Below, piece after piece: positions 1 to 10,533 of a stretch of 64,000 bases of DNA. Within the stretch, counting starts at the first letter, position 1. Each line of letters opens with the position of its first letter. The notes under the pieces were generated by a model. The model saw only the letters and a list, made by a program, of their open reading frames with translations. It was not told where the DNA came from and did not search any database. The DNA comes from Oscillospiraceae bacterium (GTDB lineage Bacteria; Bacillota; Clostridia; Oscillospirales; Ruminococcaceae): positions 63,610 to 127,609 of the forward strand of contig JBGVGI010000003.1 in assembly GCA_045121595.1 (NCBI GenBank), given 5' to 3'. The position numbers and the translations under genes are program-made.

Positions 1-649
1 AATCTTCGGCAGTAACATCCTCAAGCCCTGAGCACTTATTCAAAGGGATGATATTTTTCGGAGTTCCTTTAATTCTGTAAATCAAATCAACAAGATGGCA
101 GCCCAAAAAGAACATCATACCACCTGGAAACGCTTCAAGCCATTGGCGTATTTCCTTTGGATGGGTGCAGTTCATCTGTGCCTCAATGCTGATAATTTCT
201 CCTAATTCACCTTTTTCAATCTCTTCCATCAATTCCATAATACAAGGATTGTAACGGTACATATACCCGGTATGGAAAACTTTGCCTGTATTTTTCATAA
301 TACCGATAAGCTCTTCAAAGTCAGCAAGGCTGACACCACCCGGTTTTTCCATATGTATGTGTTTGCCTGCCTTTGCAGCCATTAACGCATATTTTGTGAG
401 ATTAACTTCATCGGTTTCGATAGTTACAGCCTCGATTTCAGGATTTTCAAGAACCTCCTCAAGGGTGAGTTCGGGATAGCCATCAGCATCAAACCAACTG
501 AGTTTCTGCTGCAGACGTTCTCTTTCGTTTTCAGGGAAAACATATCCCACCACTTCAAAGATATCCGACTGCTTACAGATACTTCTGAAAATTTCGTTTG
601 AATGGCTGTTTCTGTTTATACCGATCTGCGCAATTTTAATTTTCTTCAT
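1..649 (-). CDS. Gfo/Idh/MocA family oxidoreductase (3' end runs off the left edge)
   Basis: Not in the ORF track. Manual translation from ATG at 649 gives MKKIKIAQIGINRNSHS...AGKHIHMEKPGG, with a Rossmann start and the EKP motif. It overlaps the stop of the upstream gene. Confidence 0.85.
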   Translation of the reverse strand, partial: MKKIKIAQIGINRNSHSNEIFRSICKQSDIFEVVGYVFPENERERLQQKLSWFDADGYPELTLEEVLENPEIEAVTIETDEVNLTKYALMAAKAGKHIHMEKPGGVSLADFEELIGIMKNTGKVFHTGYMYRYNPCIMELMEEIEKGELGEIISIEAQMNCTHPKEIRQWLEAFPGGMMFFLGCHLVDLIYRIKGTPKNIIPLNKCSGLEDVTAED

Positions 650-1661
650 CAAATTCTCTCCAATCAAACTGTACTATTGGAAACGTTTTATCATTAACAA
701 GTCGGTTATATACGTCGGATGCTTCATACGGAGAATGGGTTTCATCAATAATAGCGGAAAGCTTGATACGTCCGTTTTCGGTAAGCTTTTTAAGAGCCGC
801 CATATCATCTTCCAGAGTCCACCATCCGTTTGAAGATTCGTAATCAGGTCTTGCCATAGTGTGAGCACCAACAAGGGTTACACCGGGGCCGTGAACTTTT
901 CTGTAATAGTCTATTGTAAAGTCGCTGTTTCTTGTGCAGCCGAGCAAAGCTACTCTTCCTTTCAGCGCCATACAATCAAGTATTCCGTCAAGCCCTGCAC
1001 CGATTCCCGTAACCTCGATACCTACGTTAGCACCACCGTTTGTAAGTTTTTTTGCAGTTTCTGCAAAATCGGGCGCGTACGGGTCAAGAGCATAATCAGC
1101 ACCACATTCAAGTGCCTTTTCCCTTTTTGCAGGGTCAGGATCAACCGCAATAACGGGTACCGCACCTGCAGCTTTTAAGAGCATTGTTGCGAATATACCT
1201 AAAATGCCCATTCCCATAACAATTGCACTTTCACCAATTTCAAGACGGCATTTTCTTATCGCTGCAAGCGGAAACGTTGCAATATGGAAAAGTGCAGCGT
1301 CTTCAAAGGAAACGTCGTCGATATGACAAGCGTTATTCTCACTTATGGTCAGGTACTGACTGTGAGTACTCCACCAGAGAGCTACCCTGTCACCTTCCTT
1401 GAACTTTGTTACACCTTCACCAACTTTTTCTATAACACCTGCAGAGCTGTATCCGCTACTGCGGGGAAAAACTGCTTCCTTCACCTCGGGTACCATCCAC
1501 GAGGTAGTTTTGCTTCCCATAAGGATAGCGCGTTCCGTTCCGCTACTGATAGAAGAAACGTAAAGTTTTACAAGTATTTCACCTTTGTCAGGCATACGTA
1601 CTTCTTCAGTAAGAAGTTCTGCATGGTTTGCTTTAACGAAAACTATGTTTTTTGATTTCAT
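636..1661 (-). CDS. MDR-family (zinc-binding alcohol dehydrogenase-like) oxidoreductase
   Basis: GroES-like N-terminus (ISSGTE, GYSSAGVI..VGEGV..FKEGDRV) and Rossmann GMGILG. Confidence 0.85.
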   Translation of the reverse strand: MKSKNIVFVKANHAELLTEEVRMPDKGEILVKLYVSSISSGTERAILMGSKTTSWMVPEVKEAVFPRSSGYSSAGVIEKVGEGVTKFKEGDRVALWWSTHSQYLTISENNACHIDDVSFEDAALFHIATFPLAAIRKCRLEIGESAIVMGMGILGIFATMLLKAAGAVPVIAVDPDPAKREKALECGADYALDPYAPDFAETAKKLTNGGANVGIEVTGIGAGLDGILDCMALKGRVALLGCTRNSDFTIDYYRKVHGPGVTLVGAHTMARPDYESSNGWWTLEDDMAALKKLTENGRIKLSAIIDETHSPYEASDVYNRLVNDKTFPIVQFDWREFDEEN

Positions 1662-1764
1662 ATTAAATCACCTCATTTTCAGTATATATCATTGCAAAAA
1701 ATAAAAAAATATGTTATTCTATAAAAATGAGGTAAATTTATCTAATGTTAAGGGGTTATACATA

Positions 1765-2520
1765 ATGAATAATATAGATTTCTTTAATGAGTTCTCTTTC
1801 AACGTATACAAATTCGATAAATATCATTTTACCGACAATTCAAAAACACCGCTTCCGTACCATTATTTCGTTTCCCTTATACAGGGAAGCGGAAAAATCA
1901 GATACAAAAATAAAGAAATACTGTTATCCCCGGGGGAGATTCTCTATTTCCCGAAAGGTTTAAAATACCAGTCCCATTGGTTTGGTGATGAAAACGATGA
2001 AGTGGCATTTTATTCTTTCGGATTTAAAAAAATACCCGTTTTAGAGTCTTTTGTTCTGCAGAAAATAAACTGCACCCAAAAAGCAAAAGACGTTTTCAAT
2101 GAACTGTGCGAAGAAGTCCCGATAACTCCAAAAGCTGTCGGAAAACTCTATTACTTTTTCGGGGAAGTTTCCGACAATATGATAAAGTCGGAAAGAAGCT
2201 TTACAAACCAAACCGTTGAAAAAGCGGTGGAAGTAATAACAGAAAATCCCGATATCAAGATATCGGAACTTGCAAAACTTTGCTCGGTATCGGAGTCGGG
2301 GATATATATTCTTTTTAAGAAATTCCTCAAAAAAACGCCGAATGAAGTAAGGCTTGAAATCATCTGTGACAAGGCTGTATCCCTACTCACCACCACCAAC
2401 GAGACGGTGCAGACTATCAGTGATATCTTAGGATTCAGCTCCACTTCCTATTTCAGGAAAATTTTAAAAAAATACACGAATAAAACACCGCTTGAAATCA
2501 GAAAAGATGCAATATTTTAG
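1765..2520 (+). CDS. AraC-family transcriptional regulator
   Basis: Cupin-like N-terminus and C-terminal double HTH (LGFSSTSYFRKILKKYTNKTP). ATG 1765 has an SD; the ORF track starts at 1711. Confidence 0.9.
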   Translation: MNNIDFFNEFSFNVYKFDKYHFTDNSKTPLPYHYFVSLIQGSGKIRYKNKEILLSPGEILYFPKGLKYQSHWFGDENDEVAFYSFGFKKIPVLESFVLQKINCTQKAKDVFNELCEEVPITPKAVGKLYYFFGEVSDNMIKSERSFTNQTVEKAVEVITENPDIKISELAKLCSVSESGIYILFKKFLKKTPNEVRLEIICDKAVSLLTTTNETVQTISDILGFSSTSYFRKILKKYTNKTPLEIRKDAIF

Positions 2521-2522
2521 TT

Positions 2523-3260
2523 TTACATCTTCTTTCGACAGCCGTCTATCTGTATATTCTGTCCTGAAATGTAGCCTGCTTCCTCACTCGCAAGGAAGCA
2601 TATCAAATCAGCATTTTCCTTGGTTGACCCTGTTCTGCCTGCAAAGGAAAGCGTACTTTCCTGGGTATAGGTTATATCGTCATTTTCAGCGGGGCTGACA
2701 CTTCCCGGAGAAACCGCGTTAACAGTTATTCCTTTACCGGTGACTTCTTTTGCAAGTGCTTTAGTCATCGAAATCACGGCGCCCTTTGTAGCGGAATAAG
2801 GCACCATCATGGCATTTCCGTAAACGCCTGCAACCGATGCCACGTTTATAATACGGCCGTATTTGTTTTCAATCATTTTATCAATGACGGATTTTGTAAA
2901 ATAAACAGTTCCCATAACGTTGATACTGATAAATTTTTCCCAGACGTCAAAGTCTGTTTCATCAAACGTCGAAAACTGACGCCATAATGCCGCGTTGTTT
3001 ACTAAAATATCAATTTTACCAAAATGGACAACGGCTTTTTGGGTTACGTCCGAAACCGCAATATTATCCGAAACATCACAGACAAAGCTTAAAACCTTGT
3101 CTGTGATTTCTTTTATCTCTGTTTCAGTTTCTTTAAGGGTATCGGCATTGTAATCTACAAGCACAACGTTTGCTCCTTTTTCAGCAAACTGCAAAGCACA
3201 CGCTCTGCCAATACCGACTGCCGCACCCGTTATCAAAACGGTTTTCCCTGAAAAATCCAT
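2523..3260 (-). CDS. SDR family oxidoreductase
   Basis: TGAAVGIG, NNAA, YSATK (YxxxK), VNAVSPG. ATG 3260 follows AGGAGG. Confidence 0.9.
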   Translation of the reverse strand: MDFSGKTVLITGAAVGIGRACALQFAEKGANVVLVDYNADTLKETETEIKEITDKVLSFVCDVSDNIAVSDVTQKAVVHFGKIDILVNNAALWRQFSTFDETDFDVWEKFISINVMGTVYFTKSVIDKMIENKYGRIINVASVAGVYGNAMMVPYSATKGAVISMTKALAKEVTGKGITVNAVSPGSVSPAENDDITYTQESTLSFAGRTGSTKENADLICFLASEEAGYISGQNIQIDGCRKKM

Positions 3261-3270
3261 AATGATCCTC

Positions 3271-4026
3271 CTAAAACCCAAGGTTGTCCCTTACATCTTT
3301 CATAACGCTGAGCAGTGGCTGCATCAGGGCTGAACGATGGTTATGCTCATAAACACAAAGCGTCATACAGTTGCCAAGCTTTCCGCCTAAACGTCTGTGG
3401 ATACTGCATTCCCCACCTGACAAAAACAGAAAAGGAGCACCGAGTTCTCTTTTAAGCAAATCGGTAATGCGCAAGTTTTCAATCTGTTCTTCCATTGTTT
3501 CGGCACCCGTCACAATTTTTATAATATCAGCGCCACGGCGTTTTTGTTCAAACGCCACTTCAAGCACTCTTTCGGCAGGAGTGAATTTACAGATGTGAGA
3601 CGACATTATAACTTCAGCACCAAGTAAGTGAAGTTTGTCGATAAGCTCCATCTGTTTTTTTATTGCATCTTCATCGTCAGTAAGTTCTTCGGGGTGTCTG
3701 CAAAAATAGTCACCCATCACGTCACAAAGGGTAGCACCTGATTTTGCAAGAGTTATAAGACCTTCTGCCAGTTCATCGTCGGTAAGACCATCGTTACTGT
3801 AATAACGATAATTAGTGACGTAGCAAGGTCTTCCCTGCATTTCATCGAAAAGTCTTTTATAAACTTCGGGGGTATGGTATTCCTTTTTAAGACTTTCCAC
3901 CTGAAGTCCATAAGCATCTGCACCCAGACAGTTCGCATTCCTTATTATGCTTATAGCCGTTTCAGGAGTTTCGCACTGAATCATCACTGTAAGGAGAGGA
4001 TTATCACTTAAAAATGTTTTCTTCAT
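3271..4026 (-). CDS. Type I 3-dehydroquinate dehydratase (AroD)-like TIM-barrel protein
   Basis: VIMSSH..F and GADIIKIVT (Schiff-base Lys position) motifs; size 251 aa matches AroD. Confidence 0.65.
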   Translation of the reverse strand: MKKTFLSDNPLLTVMIQCETPETAISIIRNANCLGADAYGLQVESLKKEYHTPEVYKRLFDEMQGRPCYVTNYRYYSNDGLTDDELAEGLITLAKSGATLCDVMGDYFCRHPEELTDDEDAIKKQMELIDKLHLLGAEVIMSSHICKFTPAERVLEVAFEQKRRGADIIKIVTGAETMEEQIENLRITDLLKRELGAPFLFLSGGECSIHRRLGGKLGNCMTLCVYEHNHRSALMQPLLSVMKDVRDNLGF

Positions 4027-4790
4027 TATATGTTCCTCCCCATCGCGTTTCTTCCGCCGTCTATCATAATATTTTCACCGTTTATGAACTGTCCTTTTTC
4101 GGAAGCGATAAACAAAACAAGGTCGATTATTTCCTGAGGTTCGGCGGCTCTGCCCAAAGGTGTTCCCATAAAAGCCATCTGCGGTCTTGTCAGTACGGGT
4201 CCGGGTGAAACACAAACGCATCTTATTCCGTATTTTGCGCCAAACTGCGCAATAGATTTTGTAAGTCCGTGCATAAGCCCTGCTTTGGAAGTCGAATAAT
4301 CCATTCCGTAAGAAGAACCTTCTGCGCCCGTTATCGAACCGATATTTATAATAAGTCCGCTTTTCTGCTCACGCATCTGTTTCAAAACCGCATGGGCAAA
4401 ATAAAAAGGTCCTTTTAAATTCACGTCAATTCCCCAGTCGTAAACGTCAATGGGGACGTCGGGAAACTCAGGATATTTTTCGGAGTCAACTTTGCACATC
4501 CTGACAGCAGTACCACCTGCAAAGTTTGCCATTAAATCAATACTGCCAAAAACCTCAACTGCTTTGTCACGGGCAGCACAAACCTGCTTATAATCTCTGA
4601 CGTCACAAAGCAGTGCAAATGCCTTACCTTTTCCTTTTGAATTTATCTGTTCTGCTTTTTCAAAAAGTGTTTTTTCGTCAACGTCGCACATCAAAACGTT
4701 GCCTCCAAGACTTGCCCAGTTTTCGGAAAACAGAAGTCCCATACCTGAAGCCGCACCCGTTGAAATTGCCGTTTTATTTGTAAAATTCAT
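4026..4790 (-). CDS. SDR family oxidoreductase
   Basis: TGAASGMG, YSTSK, VSPG. TAATG overlap with the next gene. Confidence 0.9.
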   Translation of the reverse strand: MNFTNKTAISTGAASGMGLLFSENWASLGGNVLMCDVDEKTLFEKAEQINSKGKGKAFALLCDVRDYKQVCAARDKAVEVFGSIDLMANFAGGTAVRMCKVDSEKYPEFPDVPIDVYDWGIDVNLKGPFYFAHAVLKQMREQKSGLIINIGSITGAEGSSYGMDYSTSKAGLMHGLTKSIAQFGAKYGIRCVCVSPGPVLTRPQMAFMGTPLGRAAEPQEIIDLVLFIASEKGQFINGENIMIDGGRNAMGRNI

Positions 4791-4969
4791 ACTATCACCT
4801 CCCTTTCATACTACCATAACGGCAAAAATCCGCAATATTTAAAGTGATACTCTTTTGATATTTTCGATACTTTTTTCAATATTTTGCTTGATTTTTTTGA
4901 TAAAAACAGTATAATAGATGTATATAGGCATATTTTCAAGGAAATTCACACCGAAGGGAGGGTGATACT

Positions 4970-5731
4970 GTGGACTTGCTAAAGAACATCGTCATAAATG
5001 ATGTAATTGATGCTGTTACTGTGCATTCCATAAAGGGAAAAACCGATATGACAATCAACAGAAAGCATTACGGACTTTCACTTTGTTATGATGGACAGAT
5101 CACCTACTCGCATAAAAATAAAAAAGTTTTATCGACTCCCGATTACGTTGTTTTTCTTCCAAAAGCTGAAAACTACGTAGTGGTCCGTGAGAAGACGGGA
5201 GACTTCCCCTTAATAAATTTTGAGAGTAATAACTTTGTCTGCAACACGGTAATCGCCATTCCGATTTTTGACAACGAAAGTCTTATAAAAGATTTTGAGC
5301 AGATAAAAGCATTACTTCCTTTTGAAAATAACCGTGCAAAAATTATGAGCATTTTTTACGATATGCTTCATAAAATCTCGGTTGCTGACGCTTCTGAGTA
5401 TAACGTTTTGCTCCCTGCTATGAAATACATTGAAAAAAACATCTCAGATTCCTCGCTTAACAACAATATTCTTGCTGAACAATGCAATATTAGTGAAGTA
5501 TACTTCAGGAAGCTTTTTATAAAGAAGTATAAAACCTCTCCGAGGCAGTATCTCATAAATACGAGGATAAACAAGGCAAGACAGCTTCTTACCGATGGTA
5601 TTTTAAAGATTAATTCTGTTTCCGAGCAATGCGGATTTTCAAATCCGTATCACTTCTGCCGCCTTTTCAAAGAAAAGACGGGGCTTACACCTACGGATTT
5701 CATAAAGAAGAACAAAACGAAAATTATGTAG
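4970..5731 (+). CDS. AraC-family transcriptional regulator
   Basis: C-terminal AraC HTH (CGFSNPYHFCRLFKEKTGLTP); divergent from the SDR. Confidence 0.9.
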   Translation: MDLLKNIVINDVIDAVTVHSIKGKTDMTINRKHYGLSLCYDGQITYSHKNKKVLSTPDYVVFLPKAENYVVVREKTGDFPLINFESNNFVCNTVIAIPIFDNESLIKDFEQIKALLPFENNRAKIMSIFYDMLHKISVADASEYNVLLPAMKYIEKNISDSSLNNNILAEQCNISEVYFRKLFIKKYKTSPRQYLINTRINKARQLLTDGILKINSVSEQCGFSNPYHFCRLFKEKTGLTPTDFIKKNKTKIM

Positions 5732-5767
5732 GCATAACCGACAAAGAAATAACAAAAAACAGTAAAT

Positions 5768-5803
5768 AAAAAAACCGAGACGATTTTCGTCTCGGTTTTA
5801 TTG
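5768..5803. terminator. Bidirectional intrinsic terminator between araC and tuf
   Basis: AAAACCGAGACG-ATTTT-CGTCTCGGTTTT with A/T tracts on both sides. Confidence 0.85.
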
Positions 5804-5818
5804 TTTATTTAAGTTAAA

Positions 5819-7018
5819 TTAGTCGTTAACGTTGGAAACAACGCCGGAACCTACTGTTCTACCACCTTCACGGATAGCGAAACGGAGGCCTTCTTCGATA
5901 GCGATGGGAGTGATGAGCTCTACATCGAATTCGAGGTTATCACCGGGCATAGCCATTTCTGTTCCGTCAGGAAGAGTGATGATACCTGTAACGTCTGTTG
6001 TTCTGAAGTAGAACTGAGGACGGTAGTTGTTGAAGAAAGGTTTATGACGTCCGCCTTCTTCTTTCTTCAATACGTATACGGAGCAGTGGAATTTTGTATG
6101 GGGGTGAATGGAACCGGGTTTACACAAAACCTGACCTCTTTCGATTTCAGTTCTCTGAACACCACGGAGCAAAGCACCGATGTTGTCACCAGCTTCAGCG
6201 TAGTCCAAAATCTTTCTGAACATTTCAACACCTGTAACAACAGATTTCATGCTTTCGTCTTTCAAACCAACGATTTCAACTTCGTCACCAGTGTTGAGCT
6301 GACCTCTTTCAACTCTACCTGTAGCAACTGTACCACGACCTGTGATTGTGAATACGTCTTCTACGGGCATCAAGAAGGGAAGGTCTGCTTTACGTTCGGG
6401 TGTGGGGATCCAGGAGTCAACGTTGTCCATGAGTTCCAAGATGGGAGCGTATGCAGCGTTTGTAACGTCATCGGGAGCTTCCAAAGCCATAAGTGCAGAA
6501 CCACGAACGATAGGTGTATCGTCGCCGGGGAATTCGTACTCGTTTAAGAGTTCACGAATTTCCATTTCTACGAGGTCGAGAAGTTCTTCGTCGTCAACCT
6601 GGTCAGCTTTGTTCATGAATACTACGATGTAAGGTACGCCTACCTGACGGGACAAGAGGATGTGTTCACGAGTCTGAGGCATGGGGCCGTCAGCAGCGGA
6701 AACAACCAAGATAGCGCCGTCCATCTGAGCAGCACCAGTGATCATGTTTTTAACGTAGTCAGCATGGCCGGGGCAGTCAACGTGAGCGTAGTGACGGTTG
6801 TCAGTTTCGTACTCAACGTGAGCTGTGTTGATTGTGATACCACGTTCTCTTTCTTCAGGAGCCTTATCGATCATATCGTAAGCTTCGTACTGAGCTTTAC
6901 CCTGCAATGCCAATGTTTTTGTGATTGCAGCTGTAAGAGTTGTTTTACCGTGGTCAACGTGACCGATTGTACCAATGTTAACATGGGGTTTTGTTCGTTC
7001 GAAATGAGCTTTTGCCAT
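5819..7018 (-). CDS. tuf: Elongation factor Tu
   Basis: [23 protein letters not shown], full-length 399 aa. Confidence 0.99.
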   Translation of the reverse strand: MAKAHFERTKPHVNIGTIGHVDHGKTTLTAAITKTLALQGKAQYEAYDMIDKAPEERERGITINTAHVEYETDNRHYAHVDCPGHADYVKNMITGAAQMDGAILVVSAADGPMPQTREHILLSRQVGVPYIVVFMNKADQVDDEELLDLVEMEIRELLNEYEFPGDDTPIVRGSALMALEAPDDVTNAAYAPILELMDNVDSWIPTPERKADLPFLMPVEDVFTITGRGTVATGRVERGQLNTGDEVEIVGLKDESMKSVVTGVEMFRKILDYAEAGDNIGALLRGVQRTEIERGQVLCKPGSIHPHTKFHCSVYVLKKEEGGRHKPFFNNYRPQFYFRTTDVTGIITLPDGTEMAMPGDNLEFDVELITPIAIEEGLRFAIREGGRTVGSGVVSNVND

Positions 7019-7123
7019 TTTTAATTTCCTCCTTTAATCATAGGGACTATTATATTTAGTTTATCAAATCTAAACTAAAATTTCAATAGTTTTTTAAAAA
7101 TTTTTACAAAATTTGCTTAAAAA

Positions 7124-9199
7124 TTAAGCTTTTGCTTTCTGAGAAATGATTTTCTCAGCGATAGATTTGGGAACTTCTACGTAATGACTGGGTTCCATAG
7201 TGTACTGACCACGGCCCTGAGTCTTAGAACGAAGGTCTGTAGCGTAACCGAACATTTCGGAAAGCGGAACGAAGGATCTGATTTCCTGAGCGCCGGCTCT
7301 TGCTTCCATACCCTGAATCTGACCACGGCGGGAGTTAAGGTCACCGATAACGTCACCCATGTAATCTTCGGGAACGATAACAGTAACTTTCATGATGGGC
7401 TCCATAATAACGGAGTTTGCTTTTCTCAAAGCTTCTTTCAAAGCCATAGAACCTGCAATCTTGAACGCCATTTCAGAGGAGTCAACTTCATGGTAAGAAC
7501 CGTCGTAGAGTTCTACTTTGATATCAACTACGGGGTAGCCTGCGAGTACACCAGCCTGCATAGCGCCCTGGATACCCTGGTCAACAGCAGGAATGTATTC
7601 TTTAGGAATGCTACCACCAACGATTTTGTTAACAAACTCGTAACCTTTACCGGATTCGTTGGGTTCAACACGGATCTTAACGTGACCGTACTGACCTTTA
7701 CCACCAGACTGACGAGCGTATTTGTGGTCAACGTCAGCGTTACCGAGAATTGTTTCTCTGTAAGCAACCTGAGGTTTACCAACGTTAGCTTCTACTTTGA
7801 ATTCACGGAGCAAACGGTCAACGATGATTTCAAGGTGAAGCTCACCCATACCAGCGATGATTGTCTGACCTGTTTCTTCATCTGTATAAGTCTTGAAAGT
7901 GGGGTCTTCTTCAGCGAGTTTGGAAAGAGCGATACCCATCTTTTCCTGACCTGCTTTAGTTTTGGGCTCGATAGCAACACGGATAACGGGTTCCGGGAAT
8001 TCCATAGACTCGAGGATAACTTCGTGTTTAGGATCACAGAGTGTGTCACCTGTTGTTGTTAGTTTGAGACCAACTGCTGCAGCGATATCACCTGCGTAGC
8101 AAGTTTCGATATCCTGACGGTGGTTAGCGTGCATCATAAGGATACGGCCCATTCTTTCGGATTTACCTTTTACAGAGTTGTAAACGGTAGCACCTGCGTC
8201 AACAGTACCGGAATATACACGGAAGAAGCAGAGTTTACCAACGAAGGGGTCAGTAGCGATCTTGAATGCGAGAGCTGCAAAAGGCTCTTCATCGGAAGAA
8301 CGTCTTTCTGTTTCTTCACCATCGGGTGTAACACCCTTGATAGCAGCAATATCTGTAGGTGCGGGCATATAGTCAACAACAGCATCGAGAAGTTTCTGAA
8401 CACCTTTGTTTCTATAAGCAGTACCGCAGCATACGGGAACGATAGTATTTGCAATAGTTTCTTTACGGATAGCAGCTTTGAGCTCGTCTATTGTAATTTC
8501 TTCTTCTTCCAAATACTTCATCATGAGATCTTCGTCGTTTGTAGCAACAGCTTCAACGAGTTCAGATCTGTACTGTTCAGCTTTTTCAAGCATATCAGCG
8601 GGAACATCTGTTACGGAAATGTCGTTACCCAAGTCATCGTTGTAGATGTAGGCTTTCATTTCAAGCAAGTCGATAAGGCCCTTGAAATCGTCTTCAGCGC
8701 CGATGGGGAGCTGAATCGGAACAGCGTTACATTTAAGACGGTCTTTCATCATGTTAACTACGTTGTAGAAGTCAGCACCCATGATGTCCATCTTGTTAAC
8801 GAATGCCATTCTGGGAACCTTATAGTTGTTTGCCTGATGCCATACTGTTTCAGACTGAGGTTCTACACCACCCTTAGCGCAGAAAACAGTTACAGAACCG
8901 TCAAGTACGCGGAGTGAACGTTCAACTTCTACTGTGAAGTCAACGTGGCCGGGGGTGTCGATGATGTTAACTCTATGGCCTTTCCAAAATGCTGTTGTAG
9001 CAGCAGAAGTAATTGTAATACCTCTTTCCTGCTCCTGAACCATCCAGTCCATTGTAGCAGTACCTTCGTGAGTATCACCGATTTTATGTGTTTTACCGGT
9101 GTAGTAAAGGATACGCTCAGTGGTAGTGGTTTTACCAGCATCGATATGAGCCATAATACCAATATTACGAGTCATTTCCAGAGATACGTCTCTTGGCAT
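7124..9199 (-). CDS. fusA: Elongation factor G
   Basis: [21 protein letters not shown], 691 aa. Confidence 0.99.
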   Translation of the reverse strand: MPRDVSLEMTRNIGIMAHIDAGKTTTTERILYYTGKTHKIGDTHEGTATMDWMVQEQERGITITSAATTAFWKGHRVNIIDTPGHVDFTVEVERSLRVLDGSVTVFCAKGGVEPQSETVWHQANNYKVPRMAFVNKMDIMGADFYNVVNMMKDRLKCNAVPIQLPIGAEDDFKGLIDLLEMKAYIYNDDLGNDISVTDVPADMLEKAEQYRSELVEAVATNDEDLMMKYLEEEEITIDELKAAIRKETIANTIVPVCCGTAYRNKGVQKLLDAVVDYMPAPTDIAAIKGVTPDGEETERRSSDEEPFAALAFKIATDPFVGKLCFFRVYSGTVDAGATVYNSVKGKSERMGRILMMHANHRQDIETCYAGDIAAAVGLKLTTTGDTLCDPKHEVILESMEFPEPVIRVAIEPKTKAGQEKMGIALSKLAEEDPTFKTYTDEETGQTIIAGMGELHLEIIVDRLLREFKVEANVGKPQVAYRETILGNADVDHKYARQSGGKGQYGHVKIRVEPNESGKGYEFVNKIVGGSIPKEYIPAVDQGIQGAMQAGVLAGYPVVDIKVELYDGSYHEVDSSEMAFKIAGSMALKEALRKANSVIMEPIMKVTVIVPEDYMGDVIGDLNSRRGQIQGMEARAGAQEIRSFVPLSEMFGYATDLRSKTQGRGQYTMEPSHYVEVPKSIAEKIISQKAKA

Positions 9200-9294
9200 A
9201 ATTTCCTCCTAATTTTTAAAAACATTGCTTTCTTAAAGAAAGCGAATTGAACATATATCCGTTTAACAGGATATAAAACTTCTGTAAAGTAAAA

Positions 9295-9765
9295 TTACCA
9301 TCTGAAATGTGCGAAAGCTTTGTTAGCTTCAGCCATTTTGTGAGTATCTTCACGTTTTTTGCATGCTCCACCTGTGTTGTTAAGAGCATCCATGATTTCG
9401 CCTGCAAGACGTTCCTTCATGGTTTTCTCAGAACGGTTTCTGGAGTAAGTTGTAATCCATCTGAGTCCCAAAGTCTGTCTTCTTTCAGGACGAACTTCCA
9501 TGGGAACCTGGTAGGTAGCACCACCTACACGACGGGATTTAACTTCCAATACGGGCATGATGTTTTCCAAAGCTTCGTTGAAAGCCTCCAAAGCATCTTT
9601 ACCTGTTTTCTCGTTTACGATTTCAAAAGCACCGTAAACAATTTTCTGAGCAACACCTTTCTTACCATCAAGCATAATGTTGTTGATAAGACGAGTTACC
9701 AATTTGGAATTGTACATAGGATCAGGCAAAACGTCACGTTTTGCAATACGACCTCTTCTTGGCAC
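9295..9765 (-). CDS. rpsG: 30S ribosomal protein S7
   Basis: PRRG...[11 protein letters not shown]...[13 protein letters not shown] start at 9765 after GGAGG. Confidence 0.99.
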   Translation of the reverse strand: MPRRGRIAKRDVLPDPMYNSKLVTRLINNIMLDGKKGVAQKIVYGAFEIVNEKTGKDALEAFNEALENIMPVLEVKSRRVGGATYQVPMEVRPERRQTLGLRWITTYSRNRSEKTMKERLAGEIMDALNNTGGACKKREDTHKMAEANKAFAHFRW

Positions 9766-9893
9766 TTTACTTCCCTCCTTCATAAAATGATATCATAGGT
9801 ACTCGAAAGTAAAATTTCCCCCGTTAAGACCATTTCAAGGTCGCAACATATATTGTTGGGACCATTGTCAGCCTTTACGAAATTACGGAATGA

Positions 9894-10319
9894 TTACTTT
9901 TTCGCACCAGCTTTCGGACGTTTTGCACCGTATTTGGAACGGGACTGCATTCTGTTGTTAACACCCTGTGTATCCAAAGTACCGCGAATAATGTGGTAAC
10001 GAACACCAGGTAAGTCTTTAACACGTCCGCCACGAATGAGAACTACTGAGTGTTCCTGCAAGTTATGTCCTACTCCGGGAATATAAGCTGATACTTCCAT
10101 TCCGTTTGTGAGCTTAACTCTCGCTACTTTACGCAAAGCAGAGTTAGGCTTCTTGGGAGTCATAGTTCTAACTGCTGTACAAACGCCTCTCTTCTGGGGA
10201 GAAGACTGATCTGTAGGCTGCTTTTTCATGGAGTTGAATCCACGGTTCAAAGCAGGAGCAGTAGACTTGTTAACCTGAGTTTCTCTTCCTTTTCTAACAA
10301 GCTGGTTAAAGGTTGGCAT
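9894..10319 (-). CDS. rpsL: 30S ribosomal protein S12
   Basis: [30 protein letters not shown]. Confidence 0.99.
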   Translation of the reverse strand: MPTFNQLVRKGRETQVNKSTAPALNRGFNSMKKQPTDQSSPQKRGVCTAVRTMTPKKPNSALRKVARVKLTNGMEVSAYIPGVGHNLQEHSVVLIRGGRVKDLPGVRYHIIRGTLDTQGVNNRMQSRSKYGAKRPKAGAKK

Positions 10320-10388
10320 ATGGCACCTCCTTACTTCAATTTCTATGCTTTCACAGGGTATGGACCCTATTACCCAACATACTCAATT

Positions 10389-10417
10389 ATTGTACCACCA
10401 ATCTTTAAAAAAGTCAA
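10389..10417 (-). promoter_or_regulatory. SigA promoter of the str operon
   Basis: TTGACT-17 nt-TACAAT with extended TGn. Confidence 0.8.
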
Positions 10418-10498
10418 TCTTTTTGTGTAAAATCGGCATTTTGACAACATTGACAGAAAAAAACTGCCCTTAGATGTATATTTTACCCCAAAACGCAG

Positions 10499-10527
10499 AA
10501 AAAGTCGGGAGTTTCTCCCGACTTTTC
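10499..10527 (-). terminator. Intrinsic terminator after rpoC
   Basis: AAAAGTCGGGAG-TTT-CTCCCGACTTTT hairpin. Confidence 0.85.
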
Positions 10528-10533
10528 TTTATA

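Noticed and set aside
9766-9893. Long rpsL-rpsG spacer as a novel RNA
   Set aside because: No convincing helix set by eye; long spacers here are consistent with known S7 autoregulation.
9894-10319. Streptomycin-resistance alleles in rpsL
   Set aside because: PKKPNSA and RVKDLPG are wild type.
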